A stretch of DNA of 32,000 nt from Zestosphaera tikiterensis (GTDB taxonomy: Archaea; Thermoproteota; Thermoprotei_A; Sulfolobales; NBVN01), in assembly GCA_003056265.1 (NCBI GenBank), contig NBVN01000001.1, forward strand, positions 189,392 through 221,391, given 5' to 3'. The position numbers and the translations under genes were made by a program. Below, in pieces: positions 7,684-17,843 of this stretch. The notes beneath the pieces were generated by a model. The model saw only the letters and a list, made by a program, of their open reading frames with translations. It was not told the DNA's origin and did no database searches. Every line of letters begins with the position of its first letter. Position 1 is the first letter of the stretch.

Positions 7684-9084
7684 GTGGTGGTAAACTTGGC
7701 TCAAACCAAAGCTTTAGCTATCACAATCTTAGTAGCTGTAGTCTTCGCTGCTCTCGGGTACTTAGCAGGTCAGATGACAGCACCTCGAACAGGTGCAACA
7801 GTAACGGTAACTAGTTATGCTACGGTTACTTCTTACGTAACTGTATCTCGAACGGTTACGCCAACAACTTCGCCTGTTGCTGTGCCTGAGAAAATAACTA
7901 TAGGTCTTACTTTAGGTCTTTCAGGGGCTTATTCATATGCTTCAACGCAGGGGTTGCGTGGAATTCAAATAGCTGTTAAGTGGATTAACGAAGTTTACGG
8001 AGGTATTAACTTAGGCGGTAAGAAAGTGAAGATCGAGCTTAAGTACTATGATGATCAATCAAATAAGGAGCTTGTCCCAAGTCTTTATGAACAGTTGATA
8101 AAGGTTGATAAGGTTGACTTTCTGTTAGGACCTTACGGCTCACCTTTAGTATTTGTTGCCGCACCTGTAGCAGAGAAATACGGTAAGTTGATGATAAATT
8201 GGATGGGCACTAGCGACGTAATACATGAGCAGGGATATAAGATGATTGTGATGGTTTCAACGCATTCTGGTTCGCAGATGAAGCCCGCGATGGAGATGGT
8301 TAAGTCCTTAGATCCTAACGCTAAGGTGGCGATAATATATAAGGAGGACGAGCATAATAGGTTATTAGCTCAAGGCGCACGTGAAGCAGCTAAGCAGTTA
8401 GGTCTGCAGGTAGTGTTCGATAAGTCTTACCCAGTTGACATTAAAGACTTCACACCGATATTTACGGAGATGGCTACGTATAAGCCGGACGTTATAGTTA
8501 TATGCCCTCACGAAGCTGACGGCATATTAGCGGCTACGCAACTTGCTGAACTCAATATAAACGCTAAACTCATGATTATGGGTTTCGTCCCAAGCTTAGC
8601 TTCATTTAAGAGGGCCTTAGGGAACTTAGCTGAGGGTTGGGCTGGAACTAACCAATGGTCTGTAGGTGCTTCATACACTCCAGACGACGCTAAGGCTTTG
8701 GGATATGAGTGGTTTGGACCTACGGAGGAGGAGGTCTTAAACCTCTATAAGCAGATAGCACCGCCTGAGGACTTCCCCTCAGAACACACCGGCGCTGGTG
8801 CTGCGGCTGTGTTAATCTTAGCTAAAGCTATAGAGAAAGCTCAAAGTCTGGATCCCCAAGTCGTTAGAAATACGTTAAATACAATGAAGGTTATGACTTT
8901 CTACGGACCTTTCCAAATAGATCCAACGACGGGTAAGCAGATAGCTCATAAAGAAATACTCTCGCAATGGCAGCAAGGGAAGTTCGTGCCTATATGGCCG
9001 CCTGAAATAGCTCTTTCAAAACCTGTATACCCGATACCTACTTGGGATGAAAAGAGGCAAGGAAAGCAGGCAGTTCCTTCATAA
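7684..9084 (+). CDS. Membrane-anchored ABC substrate-binding protein (LivJ/K-like, type I periplasmic binding fold)
   Basis: N-terminal TM segment, then a Thr/Val/Ser-rich linker (TVTVTSYATVTSYVTVSRTVTPTTSPVA), then a ~400-aa domain with a LIV-binding-protein-like pattern (GLTLGLSG...GPYGS). Adjacent to livHMGF. Confidence 0.8.
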   Translation: MVVNLAQTKALAITILVAVVFAALGYLAGQMTAPRTGATVTVTSYATVTSYVTVSRTVTPTTSPVAVPEKITIGLTLGLSGAYSYASTQGLRGIQIAVKWINEVYGGINLGGKKVKIELKYYDDQSNKELVPSLYEQLIKVDKVDFLLGPYGSPLVFVAAPVAEKYGKLMINWMGTSDVIHEQGYKMIVMVSTHSGSQMKPAMEMVKSLDPNAKVAIIYKEDEHNRLLAQGAREAAKQLGLQVVFDKSYPVDIKDFTPIFTEMATYKPDVIVICPHEADGILAATQLAELNINAKLMIMGFVPSLASFKRALGNLAEGWAGTNQWSVGASYTPDDAKALGYEWFGPTEEEVLNLYKQIAPPEDFPSEHTGAGAAAVLILAKAIEKAQSLDPQVVRNTLNTMKVMTFYGPFQIDPTTGKQIAHKEILSQWQQGKFVPIWPPEIALSKPVYPIPTWDEKRQGKQAVPS

Positions 9085-9161
9085 AAGTATTTAACTACCC
9101 TCCGCTCTAAGTTTAAAACTTTTTATTATAGTTAAGACATAAGTATTAATGGGTCTTAGTT

Positions 9162-9845
9162 TTGAGGGTTGGTTTTGTTACTATTGGTCAGTCTCCTAGG
9201 GTTGATGTTTTTAACGATATTAAACATTTACTACCTAAAGATATTGAAATCGTAGAAAAAGGAGCTTTAGACAACTACACAGAAGAAGAAATAAATAAAA
9301 AATTAAAACCAAGAAAAAACGAAACAACATACATAACAAAACTAAAAAACGGAAAAGAAGTAAAAATATCAAAAAACAAAGTCGTGAAGCTATTGAAGGA
9401 CGTGATCAAGGAATTAAATAAGGAAGGTGTTGATTTGATAGTGATTTTATGCACGGGTAGTTTCCCAAGGTTCGCATCTGAGGTTCCTGTGATTTATCCT
9501 TATAAGTTGTTAGAGGGTTTTGTCTCAGCTTTAAATCCTAGGGTTTTAGGCGTTTTAGCTCCTGCTCAGGAGCAGATTAACTACTTAACTCGTAGGTGGT
9601 TAAAGAAATGCCCTAAGGTTGTGGTTGAGGCGATCTCACCATATACCTCAGACCTGAAGGACTTCCTTAACGTGGGTAAGCGATTAGCTGAGGAAGGCGT
9701 TAAAGTAGTGGTTATGGATTGTATAGGTTATTCAATATCTCAAGCTCAGGTTATTAAGGCTTCCTTAGGTGAGGATTCTCTAGTGTTAAATCCTAGGTTG
9801 GCATTAGTTACTTTTATTAGGGCGTTGACGTTTTTCTCGTCTTAA
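9162..9845 (+). CDS. AroM-family protein
   Basis: Appears collinear with E. coli AroM as I remember it: VTIGQSPR at the N-terminus, DLIVILCTG, VLGVLAP..EQ, VVVMDCIGY and a C-terminal LVLNPRLA. TTG start in the track. Confidence 0.65.
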   Translation: MRVGFVTIGQSPRVDVFNDIKHLLPKDIEIVEKGALDNYTEEEINKKLKPRKNETTYITKLKNGKEVKISKNKVVKLLKDVIKELNKEGVDLIVILCTGSFPRFASEVPVIYPYKLLEGFVSALNPRVLGVLAPAQEQINYLTRRWLKKCPKVVVEAISPYTSDLKDFLNVGKRLAEEGVKVVVMDCIGYSISQAQVIKASLGEDSLVLNPRLALVTFIRALTFFSS

Positions 9846-9899
9846 GTTAGTGTTGTTACCGCGTATTTGCTTTTATTAATCCTTTCATAACATATTTAT

Positions 9900-10661
9900 T
9901 TGTCAGAGGGTGGGTTATTGAAGTTGGTTGAATGCTCTGTAACCCATAACTTGAGGGTTAGACCGGAGTATCATATTTTAGGGCTTGAATGTGGTGAGTT
10001 AGGTTCGATAGAGCCCGGTCAATTCATCACTGTTTCTGTAGATAGTGTTGAAATGGTCTTGAGAAGGCCGTTTTCGATATATAGAGTGTTTGAAAACCGT
10101 GGGGTTATTGAGATATTCTTTAAGGTAGTTGGTAAAGGGACTAAAGCCTTAAGTGAGTTGAAGGAGGGTATGGCGGTGAGTGTTTTAGGTCCTTTAGGTA
10201 AGGGCTTTCCGCTTTACGAAGGCGTTACGGCTGTTTTGCTTTCTAGGGGTGTTGGTTTAGCGTCTCTAGCTTTATTAGGTGATAAGTTGAAGGGGTTGAA
10301 GAGTAGGGTGGTTACCATAGCTAGTTTTAAAGGTAGGGATGCTGATTTAGCCTCCGATAATGAGTACGTGAAGTCCTTTTCTGACGAGGTTATTGTGTTG
10401 TATGACGAGGATCGCAGTAGTGATGTAGAGAACGTGAGGTACTTGCTAAACAAGGTTAAGCCGGACGTCGTATATACGTGCGGCTCTAAAAGGTTGGTAA
10501 GGCTTCTTAAAGAGTTGCCTTACGAAGCGTACGTAGCTTGGGAGGAGAGGATGGGGTGTGCCGTTGGAGCGTGTCGTTCATGCGCTGTTAGAACCGTAGC
10601 TGGGTATAAGCTAACGTGTTACGACGGACCTGTTTTTAACGTAAGGGATTTAATTTTATGA
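9900..10661 (+). CDS. pyrK: Dihydroorotate dehydrogenase (type 1B) electron-transfer subunit
   Basis: FAD-binding RRPFSIY, a ferredoxin-reductase-like fold, and a C-terminal 2Fe-2S cysteine cluster (MGCAVGACRSCAV...CYDGPVF). Directly upstream of pyrD. Confidence 0.85.
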   Translation: MSEGGLLKLVECSVTHNLRVRPEYHILGLECGELGSIEPGQFITVSVDSVEMVLRRPFSIYRVFENRGVIEIFFKVVGKGTKALSELKEGMAVSVLGPLGKGFPLYEGVTAVLLSRGVGLASLALLGDKLKGLKSRVVTIASFKGRDADLASDNEYVKSFSDEVIVLYDEDRSSDVENVRYLLNKVKPDVVYTCGSKRLVRLLKELPYEAYVAWEERMGCAVGACRSCAVRTVAGYKLTCYDGPVFNVRDLIL

Positions 10662-10668
10662 ATAGGTT

Positions 10669-11601
10669 ATGGGGGAAGTTACTACTATGGAGTTAGATTT
10701 AAGTGTTGAAATAGCTGGTTTAAAGCTTAAGAACCCAGTTATGAATGCTTCAGGCACTTATGACCCGTTAAGGTATGAAAGCCTCGTGGATCCGAACCTA
10801 CTTGGTGCTGTAGTTCTTAAGAGCTTAACGTTAAACCCTAGGGAGGGTAATCCCCCGCCGAGAATAGTTGAGGTGGCTTGCGGTATAGTTAACTCAATAG
10901 GTATTCAGAACGAAGGTGTTGAGGAGTTTATAAAGGTTAAAGTCCCTCTGCTTAGGAAGTTTAAGGAAGCTACCTTTATAGCTAGCGTTGCTGGGTTAAC
11001 ACCCAATGAGTTCGCTGAGGTTGTAGAAGCTCTAGAAGGTGTTGACATATTTAAAGCGTATGAAATCAACACTTCATGCCCTAACCTTGAGAAAGGTGGT
11101 GTAAACTGCGCTTTAGATGAGCGTTGTATACAGCAGGTAACGAAAGCCGTCAGAGGTAAAACCAACAAACCAGTTATCGTGAAGCTAGCTCCAGACGTCA
11201 CAGATATTGTAGCTATAGCTAAAGTGGCTGTGGATGCTGGAGCTGACGCATTAACTATAGCTAACACGTACAGAGCGTTAGTCGTGGATTTGAAGTCTAG
11301 GAAGCCGATCCTACATAACGTAACTGGAGGTCTCTCAGGACCTGCGATAAAACCTATAACACTTAGGCTGGTTTACGAAGTAGTTAAAGCTTTAGACGTG
11401 CCTGTAATAGCTTCCGGCGGTATAACCTCAGCGAATGACGCCTTAGAATATCTCTTAGTTGGTGCTAAGGCCGTTCAAATAGGGACCATGAACTTCGTAA
11501 GGCATGATATAATGATTAAAATAATCGAAGGTATTAAGAAGTTCATGGTCGATGAGGGAATAAAAGACATTAAAGAATTTATAGGCACTTTAAGAACGTA
11601 A
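10669..11601 (+). CDS. pyrD: Dihydroorotate dehydrogenase catalytic subunit (class 1)
   Basis: LKNPVMNASGT, NSIGIQNEG, NTSCPN (catalytic Cys type), GGLSGPAIKP, ASGGI. In-frame ATG at 10687 is an alternative start. Confidence 0.9.
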   Translation: MGEVTTMELDLSVEIAGLKLKNPVMNASGTYDPLRYESLVDPNLLGAVVLKSLTLNPREGNPPPRIVEVACGIVNSIGIQNEGVEEFIKVKVPLLRKFKEATFIASVAGLTPNEFAEVVEALEGVDIFKAYEINTSCPNLEKGGVNCALDERCIQQVTKAVRGKTNKPVIVKLAPDVTDIVAIAKVAVDAGADALTIANTYRALVVDLKSRKPILHNVTGGLSGPAIKPITLRLVYEVVKALDVPVIASGGITSANDALEYLLVGAKAVQIGTMNFVRHDIMIKIIEGIKKFMVDEGIKDIKEFIGTLRT

Positions 11602-11624
11602 TCAAAGCACTGCTACGTAACGCC

Positions 11625-11671
11625 GAAAACCTAAACGTTTTCAGCATATGATCAGCGTCGTGTTCACGCTG
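11625..11671. terminator. Two short hairpins between convergent pyrD and purP (possible terminator region)
   Basis: GAAAAC-ctaaac-GTTTTC (11625-11642) and CAGCGT-cgtgttc-ACGCTG (11653-11671). No strong oligo-T run, so support is weak. Confidence 0.25.
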
Positions 11672-11675
11672 AAGA

Positions 11676-12749
11676 TTAGGTTAGGACTTTTTCAAGCATT
11701 CCTTTATCGATGGCTGTTTTTATTTCTCTAGCTATTCTTCGTCCGACGCTCATGGGTTCGTTCCAGTAGAGGTATGAGTATGGGCTTCCGTTTATGTAGA
11801 GGTTTGTGCCGGCTACGATCCTCCCTGAGAATTCGAAGACTATGATTTCAGCGTCTTTAGTGATTATGCTTTCTAGGCAGAAGGGGCCTATCACGCCCGG
11901 AGGTAGTTCCTCCTTAGTGGTTTTAACGAATTTCTCTCCGTAGTCAAGTATCTTAGGTAGGAGGCTCTCCCTCAACACTAACGGTATGTTACCGACTACT
12001 GTAAACGTGGGTTCAGCCCCCACCTCCAAGTAGGTGTTGGGCGGTAGTCTCTTCAGCCCGTCTATGTCTGATTCGTACCTTATGTCTGCGCCCAAGATCT
12101 CCAGCCTGTTTAACGTGGGGCTGTAGAAGTAGTGGTAATATGCCGTCACGCCTAACACATATTCTTGAATTAACGCTTCGTTGAAGTTTCTTATGGTGCC
12201 TTGCTCGACGAGCTTACTTAGTTTGTAGGTTATTACTTCCTTATCTTTAGCTATGAAGTAGTCTTTACCGCCTTTAGCGCCGGCTAACTTAACTATGACT
12301 AGCTTATCTATAGCTTCATCTAAGCTGTATGTCTTCGGTATCGGTATGCCGGCTTTCGAAAGTAACTCCATTTTAAGTTTTTGATTTGCTTCAACCTTAA
12401 ACAACGTTCTTAAGCCGAAGATCGGTATCGGTATGTTTTCAGCGCATTCGATTCCGACGTACTCTACGTAGCTTCCGTGAGGTACTATAACGCTGTTTAA
12501 CTCTTTAAGCTTCCTCACCACGTCTTGAGAGCATATATCACTCCACTCATCTACAACCACGTATTCATCCACTAAGTGATTAAACCCTCTGTAGAAGGGT
12601 AACCTATCGCGTTTAGCAATGAGTGTGGTTTTAAAACCTTCTAACTTAGCCCCATGCACTATCTGTAAGGCTGAATGACTTGCTAACGTAGCTATGGATA
12701 ACTTACCCACGTCGTAGTCCTTAAGCAGCGTTCCTACGTTGAAACCCAT
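11676..12749 (-). CDS. purP: FAICAR synthetase (5-formaminoimidazole-4-carboxamide ribonucleotide synthetase), copy 2
   Basis: Matches archaeal PurP as recalled (M. jannaschii MJ0136) nearly end to end: [71 protein letters not shown] place the start at ATG 12749, 1 nt after the purB stop. The track's upstream extension to 12776 lies inside purB. Confidence 0.85.
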   Translation of the reverse strand: MGFNVGTLLKDYDVGKLSIATLASHSALQIVHGAKLEGFKTTLIAKRDRLPFYRGFNHLVDEYVVVDEWSDICSQDVVRKLKELNSVIVPHGSYVEYVGIECAENIPIPIFGLRTLFKVEANQKLKMELLSKAGIPIPKTYSLDEAIDKLVIVKLAGAKGGKDYFIAKDKEVITYKLSKLVEQGTIRNFNEALIQEYVLGVTAYYHYFYSPTLNRLEILGADIRYESDIDGLKRLPPNTYLEVGAEPTFTVVGNIPLVLRESLLPKILDYGEKFVKTTKEELPPGVIGPFCLESIITKDAEIIVFEFSGRIVAGTNLYINGSPYSYLYWNEPMSVGRRIAREIKTAIDKGMLEKVLT

Positions 12750-12750
12750 A

Positions 12751-14100
12751 TCACATGCCCAACGCTTTCTTAGCATAGCTTACAGCCCTCTCAATAAGCT
12801 CTCTATAGTTCCCGAGGTATTTGAGGTAGTCGAAACATTCGTCGATTTCCTCAGCAGGTAGGGTTTTACCTACGTCGCTTTTTATGAAGACTTCCTTTAA
12901 GCTTAAGCCTTTCTCGAAGGACTCCCTGGAGAGCTTCCTAAGGATTTCATGCGCCTCCACCCTAGGGATGCCTCCTAAGATCACGAGCTTCGACGTTAAG
13001 CACTCACTCATTATGTTGCCTTTAGTTAATTCTAAATTCCTCCTCATAGACGCCTCATCCACTTCAAGTCTTGACGCTATAGCTACAGCGTCTTCAAGCA
13101 TCTGATCTATTGCGAGGAAAGCATGCGGTATTAAGACTCTTTCAGCGCTGCTGTTCGTTAAGTCCCTCTCATGCATGAGTGGGATGTTCTCAAGGGCTGT
13201 GATGAGCAGCCCTCTTAAAACCCTTGCCAACCCGCAAACCCTCTCAGCGATTGACGGGTTCCTCTTATGCGGCATAGCGCTACTCCCCACCTCACCGCTT
13301 GAGATGAAAACCTCAGCTATCTCATCCCTCATAAGCTCCCTAACCTCTAACGCAAACCTATCCAGTTGCGAGCCTAAGATAGCTAAAGCCGAGATAAGTT
13401 CGGCGAAGCCGTCTCTAGGCGCTACTTGAGTTGAGATTGCGTGAGGTTTTAAACCTAAGTGGTTTAGGGCCACCTCCTCAACGGTTAACCCCCTCCCAAA
13501 CCATCCAGCCATGGTGCCGACGGCGCCGGCGATCTTACCTTGAACGACCCTGCCCTCAACTTCTTCAATCCTCTCGTAAGACCTTGAGAGTTCGTAGACG
13601 TAGTTAGCTAGTTTAAACCCGAATGTTATCGGTAGTGCGTGCTTGCCGTGAGTCCTACCAACCATTAAAACGTCTCGATACTTCCTACTTAACTCGATCA
13701 TCAACTCTATCAAGGTTTTAAGCTTCTTCTTAACGATAGCTAAAGCCTCCCTCAAGACCAACGCCCACGCCGTATCTACGACGTCGTAGCTTGTAGCGCC
13801 TAAATGTACGTACTTACCGCAGGGCTCGCCGAGCTTACTAGACACTACAGTCACTAAAGCAACTACGTCATGCCCTAACCTCCTCTCCAACGCATCAACT
13901 TCCTCAGGTTCTACGTACTTAGCGGTTGAGAGGGTCTTCTCCCAACACCCTTCAGGAGCAAGCCCAGCAGCTTCAAGGCCTTTCATAATAGCTGCTTCAA
14001 CCTCAACCATCTTCCCGATGATGTGCTCTCTCGAGAAGACCTCCCGCATCTCATTAGATCCATACCTCCATTCAAACGTACATACGGGCATGAAAACCAC
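12751..14100 (-). CDS. purB: Adenylosuccinate lyase
   Basis: Fumarate-lyase superfamily signature SSAMPHKRNP, TQVAPRD, and an N-terminal RY...EM..VFS pattern. Start is GTG 14100 or ATG 14091. Confidence 0.9.
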   Translation of the reverse strand: MVFMPVCTFEWRYGSNEMREVFSREHIIGKMVEVEAAIMKGLEAAGLAPEGCWEKTLSTAKYVEPEEVDALERRLGHDVVALVTVVSSKLGEPCGKYVHLGATSYDVVDTAWALVLREALAIVKKKLKTLIELMIELSRKYRDVLMVGRTHGKHALPITFGFKLANYVYELSRSYERIEEVEGRVVQGKIAGAVGTMAGWFGRGLTVEEVALNHLGLKPHAISTQVAPRDGFAELISALAILGSQLDRFALEVRELMRDEIAEVFISSGEVGSSAMPHKRNPSIAERVCGLARVLRGLLITALENIPLMHERDLTNSSAERVLIPHAFLAIDQMLEDAVAIASRLEVDEASMRRNLELTKGNIMSECLTSKLVILGGIPRVEAHEILRKLSRESFEKGLSLKEVFIKSDVGKTLPAEEIDECFDYLKYLGNYRELIERAVSYAKKALGM

Positions 14101-14101
14101 C

Positions 14102-15223
14102 TCAAGAAATTAGCTTGTTTAAACATCCCGCCTCCATACATTCCCTTAACTCCATAGCTACCCTCCTACCCATACTTAAGGGTTTGCCGAAGTATAGCTT
14201 GCTGTATTGACTGCCTATACCCATGTAAACGTTTGTCCCGCCGCCGATCCTAAGAGCTACGTCGAAAACAACGACGTCGAAGTCGGGCGTAACCACTAAC
14301 TGCAGGGTGAAAGGCCCTATAACGCCAGGCGGTTCTAAAGCCTTAGCCGCTTCAACGAACTTATCACCTACGTCGAAGAGCTTCTCAAGCATGCTCTCCC
14401 TTATCGTAGCCATTTCATGCCCGATCTCAATCATCTCAACATCTACGACTTCCTTCAACTCCAGCTGAACGTCGGCAGGCATCTTAAGGAAGCCGTCTAA
14501 GTTTGTCTGCAGCCTCCTATCTATGCTTACTATCTCGACCTCCCCCCTCGCTACGCTGTTGAAGTAGTTTACGTTGAAGTAAGCACCTAAGACCAACTCC
14601 TCAATGGAGGCTTTAGCTAAGTCCTCAAGCCTTACGACGCCGTCAGCAACTAACTTGTTAAGTTTCCTACGTAGGTCATCCCTATCGACCGCTATGAAGA
14701 AACCCCTCTCAACTCTTTTTCTGGCGTGCGGCATCTTAACAATCACGGGCTTATCCACATCGTCAGGGCTTCCGTAAACCTTAGGCCTTCTTATATTAGC
14801 CGCGTCCAACAACCTATAGTAGTTTTTACTCCCAACCCTTTCTTCATACCTAAGTAGGTAGCGATTACCGAATATAGGTATTGGAAACCTAAACTCTATG
14901 TTGTCATAACCTACATACACGGAGAAACTCCTGTTAGGTATTAGAACAGCGTTCTCAGCCCTGAGCTTAGAGATAACGTCGTCTTTAATCACGTCCGCGA
15001 ATGAATCCAGTATCAACGGTATGTCAACAACCCTCTTAAACCTTAAGTAAGGCTTTTCCCTACCTTTCTGGCATATCGCCACGGTTTTAAAGCCTTCGTC
15101 TTTAGCCCCGTCAAACACGTCTAGGGCTGAGTGACTTGCTATAGCCGCTATGGAGACCTTCCTGAAGTCGTAGCCCTTCAGAAGCTCTTCAGCGTTTAAT
15201 TTAAAACTCAACTCTCTCACCAA
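14102..15223 (-). CDS. purP: FAICAR synthetase, copy 1
   Basis: Same family pattern as copy 2 ([46 protein letters not shown]) but clearly diverged. The start is uncertain: TTG 15223 overlaps the purM 3' end by 23 nt. Confidence 0.85.
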   Translation of the reverse strand: MVRELSFKLNAEELLKGYDFRKVSIAAIASHSALDVFDGAKDEGFKTVAICQKGREKPYLRFKRVVDIPLILDSFADVIKDDVISKLRAENAVLIPNRSFSVYVGYDNIEFRFPIPIFGNRYLLRYEERVGSKNYYRLLDAANIRRPKVYGSPDDVDKPVIVKMPHARKRVERGFFIAVDRDDLRRKLNKLVADGVVRLEDLAKASIEELVLGAYFNVNYFNSVARGEVEIVSIDRRLQTNLDGFLKMPADVQLELKEVVDVEMIEIGHEMATIRESMLEKLFDVGDKFVEAAKALEPPGVIGPFTLQLVVTPDFDVVVFDVALRIGGGTNVYMGIGSQYSKLYFGKPLSMGRRVAMELRECMEAGCLNKLIS

Positions 15224-16214
15224 ATGGCGTGTCTATAACTACTTTGCCCTCGCCTTTAACTACCTCACCAAGTATATATGCTTTAAAGCCGTACCTACCG
15301 ACTAGGTCGGAAACCGCGCTTACGTGATCCCTACCTGCAGTCATTAAAAGACCTACGCCCATATTGAAGACTCTATACATCTCGCTTACAGACACCCCAC
15401 CAAGCTCCATAATAGCTTTAAAGATCTTCGGCGGTTCTGGAGCTTCGATACGGGCTTCTAAAGAGCTACTTAAAACCCTCTTAACCTTCTTAAACGCTCC
15501 GCCAGTTATGTGAACTACGGAATTCACATACCCGTTTTCAATAGCTTCTAAAACCACGTTTGAATATATAGCTGTTGGTTTAGTTAACTCCTCCTTAAAA
15601 TCGACTTCGTCGACTACGGCATCGTAGCTACCTAAACGCGACTCTAAAACCTTCCTAACTAGTGAGTATCCGTTAGCGTGAAGCCCCCAACTTTCAAGAC
15701 CTACGATTACGTCGCCCTCTCTAGCCTTATTGCTGAACCCCACCTTCTTCACCGCTAAAACAGCGCATGCAGCATCTACGCCGTTAACTAGGTTTGGAAG
15801 TATAGCTGTTTCACCGCCGATGACGACCACCCCACTACGTTTAGCTGCTTTAAACACACCGTTAAAGACTTCCGTGAATACCCCCACGTCAGGCTTAGGC
15901 ATGGATATGTAGTCCACTAAAGCTAAAGGCTTAGCCCCCTCACATACCACGTCGTTGACGTTCATAGCAACGCAGTCCCAACCTATTACTTCATACTTTC
16001 CAAGCCTCTCTAAAACTAAGGCTTTAGTGCCTACGCCATCCACATGCAACGTTATTGAGGTTCCCCCAACGTCTATGAAGGACGCGTAAGATCCTAAGTT
16101 ACGTACCTCCACAGCAAGCTCTTCAGCAAGCTGATTCATTAACTTAACGGCGTATTCATGCATCTCGCCATGTTTACTTAAGTCAACTCCAGCCTTAACG
16201 TAGTCCCAACCCAT
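15201..16214 (-). CDS. purM: Phosphoribosylformylglycinamidine cyclo-ligase (AIR synthetase)
   Basis: YVKAGVD, HVDGVGTK, DCVAMNVNDV, GGETA, ITGGAF. I place the start at ATG 16214, 7 nt after GGGGAGGT and just after the purE stop. Confidence 0.9.
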   Translation of the reverse strand: MGWDYVKAGVDLSKHGEMHEYAVKLMNQLAEELAVEVRNLGSYASFIDVGGTSITLHVDGVGTKALVLERLGKYEVIGWDCVAMNVNDVVCEGAKPLALVDYISMPKPDVGVFTEVFNGVFKAAKRSGVVVIGGETAILPNLVNGVDAACAVLAVKKVGFSNKAREGDVIVGLESWGLHANGYSLVRKVLESRLGSYDAVVDEVDFKEELTKPTAIYSNVVLEAIENGYVNSVVHITGGAFKKVKRVLSSSLEARIEAPEPPKIFKAIMELGGVSVSEMYRVFNMGVGLLMTAGRDHVSAVSDLVGRYGFKAYILGEVVKGEGKVVIDTPFGERVEF

Positions 16215-16219
16215 AAGCA

Positions 16220-16624
16220 CTACCTCCCCAAACATAGTTTAAGTATCCTTAGCGCTAGATACGCAGCGTTTTCAGCGTTGTTTATGCCTACGGTTGCTAC
16301 CGGCACGCCCTTAGGCATTTGAGCGATACTTAATAGAGAGTCTAAACCACCTAAAGCTACGTTTAGAGGGACTCCAACGACGGGTTTTTCAGTTCTAGAG
16401 GCTATAAACCCCGGTAAATGCGCTGCCAGACCCGCCATAGCTATGAATACGTCGGCATCGCTCTTCTCTATATACTCTTCAAGCTCCTTCGGGTTTCTAT
16501 GAGCGCTAAGCACCCTAACCTCATGCTCAATCCCGTGATCCATTAACACCTTAGCAGCTTTCTCCGCGTGTTCAAGATCTCTTTGACTTCCAACGACTAT
16601 AGCTACCTTACCTTTACACGGCAT
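16220..16624 (-). CDS. purE: N5-carboxyaminoimidazole ribonucleotide mutase-type PurE
   Basis: [36 protein letters not shown] 16624 lies just after the purT stop. Confidence 0.9.
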   Translation of the reverse strand: MPCKGKVAIVVGSQRDLEHAEKAAKVLMDHGIEHEVRVLSAHRNPKELEEYIEKSDADVFIAMAGLAAHLPGFIASRTEKPVVGVPLNVALGGLDSLLSIAQMPKGVPVATVGINNAENAAYLALRILKLCLGR

Positions 16625-16628
16625 GAAA

Positions 16629-17843
16629 TCACCCAATAAAAAGGTGTTTGGAAGCCTCCCTTACCTTATTTAAAGCTTCTTCAACGGATGAACCCCTAGC
16701 TAGCAACACAGCCATCCTCCTATCTCTATACGTGTATGGCTTGCCAAACACCCTTAAGTCAACGCCCGGGGTTTTTAATGTTTCATAAACCCCGTAGAGT
16801 TTAGGCGACCACAGACCGTCCTTATCTGTGTAGATAGCTAGGCTAGCGCCTGGCGATATGACTTTAGGCTTCGGTACGGGTAAACCCAATACAGACCTGA
16901 CGTGTATGGCGAACTCGCTGAGCTCTTGAGTAACCATCGTAACCATCCCAGTGTCGTGCGGTCTTGGAGCAACCTCACTAAATAAAACCCTACCGTCTTT
17001 AGTTAGGAAGACTTCAACGCCGAATATCCCAAGGCCTCCTAAGCCGTTAGCTACGGCTAACCCTATCTCCCGGGCTTTATCTATGACGTCCTTAGGTCTT
17101 AACGACGGCTGCCAAGACTCTATGTAGTGGTATTTACCGTATCTCCAATGCTCAACCACGTCGCACGCCTCCGTATTCACGTGCCCGTCGTCAACGTACC
17201 TATACGTTAAAACCGTGAATTCAGTCTCAAGCGGTACGTACTCCTCAACTATTACTTTCCTGCTTCTACCCCTAGCGTGTGAGACCGCATATTCATAGGC
17301 CGCCTTAACCGCGTCGGTTGAGGGGTTGAGGACTTTGACGTGTCCGTGGCCGCTACTACTCATTTCAGGTTTTATCAGGCATGGATACCCGACTTTCTCA
17401 CACGCGTCTACAGCCTCGTCGACGTTCTCAGCGAATGCGTGTTTAGTTGTTGGGAGTCCTAACGCCTCAGCCGCGTATTTCCTGAGGGTGACTCTATTCA
17501 TAGCTATTTTAACGGCTTTAGCGTTGGGGACTATGAAGTAACCCTCCCCTTCAAGTTCCTCAAGCGCTTCAACAGCTACGGCTTCGATCTCGGGGATTAC
17601 CGCGTAGGGTTTTTCCCTCCTTATAACGGCTTTTAAAGCGTTTGGATTGGTTAAGTCAATCACGTACCTCCTATGGGCTACGTGCATGGCTGGCGCCCAA
17701 TCATATCTATCCACGACGACGACCTCAACACCTAAACGCTGTGCTTCTATAGCTACTTCCTTCCCTAACTCACCACCGCCGAGTATCAACACCTTCAGAG
17801 AGTCTTCAAACATTGGCGTGGTTAGAAACTCGCGTTTCTTCAT
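16629..17843 (-). CDS. purT: Formate-dependent GAR transformylase
   Basis: [61 protein letters not shown]. Typical PurT rather than PurK. Its ATG overlaps the purD stop (ATGA). Confidence 0.9.
   Translation of the reverse strand: MKKREFLTTPMFEDSLKVLILGGGELGKEVAIEAQRLGVEVVVVDRYDWAPAMHVAHRRYVIDLTNPNALKAVIRREKPYAVIPEIEAVAVEALEELEGEGYFIVPNAKAVKIAMNRVTLRKYAAEALGLPTTKHAFAENVDEAVDACEKVGYPCLIKPEMSSSGHGHVKVLNPSTDAVKAAYEYAVSHARGRSRKVIVEEYVPLETEFTVLTYRYVDDGHVNTEACDVVEHWRYGKYHYIESWQPSLRPKDVIDKAREIGLAVANGLGGLGIFGVEVFLTKDGRVLFSEVAPRPHDTGMVTMVTQELSEFAIHVRSVLGLPVPKPKVISPGASLAIYTDKDGLWSPKLYGVYETLKTPGVDLRVFGKPYTYRDRRMAVLLARGSSVEEALNKVREASKHLFIG

Noticed and set aside
7804-7839. An apparent 18-nt tandem duplication encoding TVTSYA / TVTSYV in the binding-protein linker
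   Set aside because: Only ~12 of 18 nt are identical. This fits the generic Thr/Val/Ser-rich linker of membrane-anchored archaeal binding proteins better than a distinct repeat feature.
9275-9380. An extremely A-rich, almost T-free ~105-nt tract that looked like an insertion or slippery low-complexity element
   Set aside because: It lies in frame within the AroM-family gene. The encoded Lys/Asn/Glu/Thr-rich segment (TEEEINKKLKPRKNETTYITKLKNGKEVKISKNKV) lines up with the corresponding segment of E. coli AroM as I recall it, so it is ordinary coding sequence with skewed codon use.
326-11267. Minus-strand ORFs of 62-182 aa overlapping the MNT, 5-FCL-like, livM, livG, livF, pyrK and pyrD genes (for example 6313-6861)
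   Set aside because: They are antisense shadows of strongly supported plus-strand genes, with low-complexity composition.
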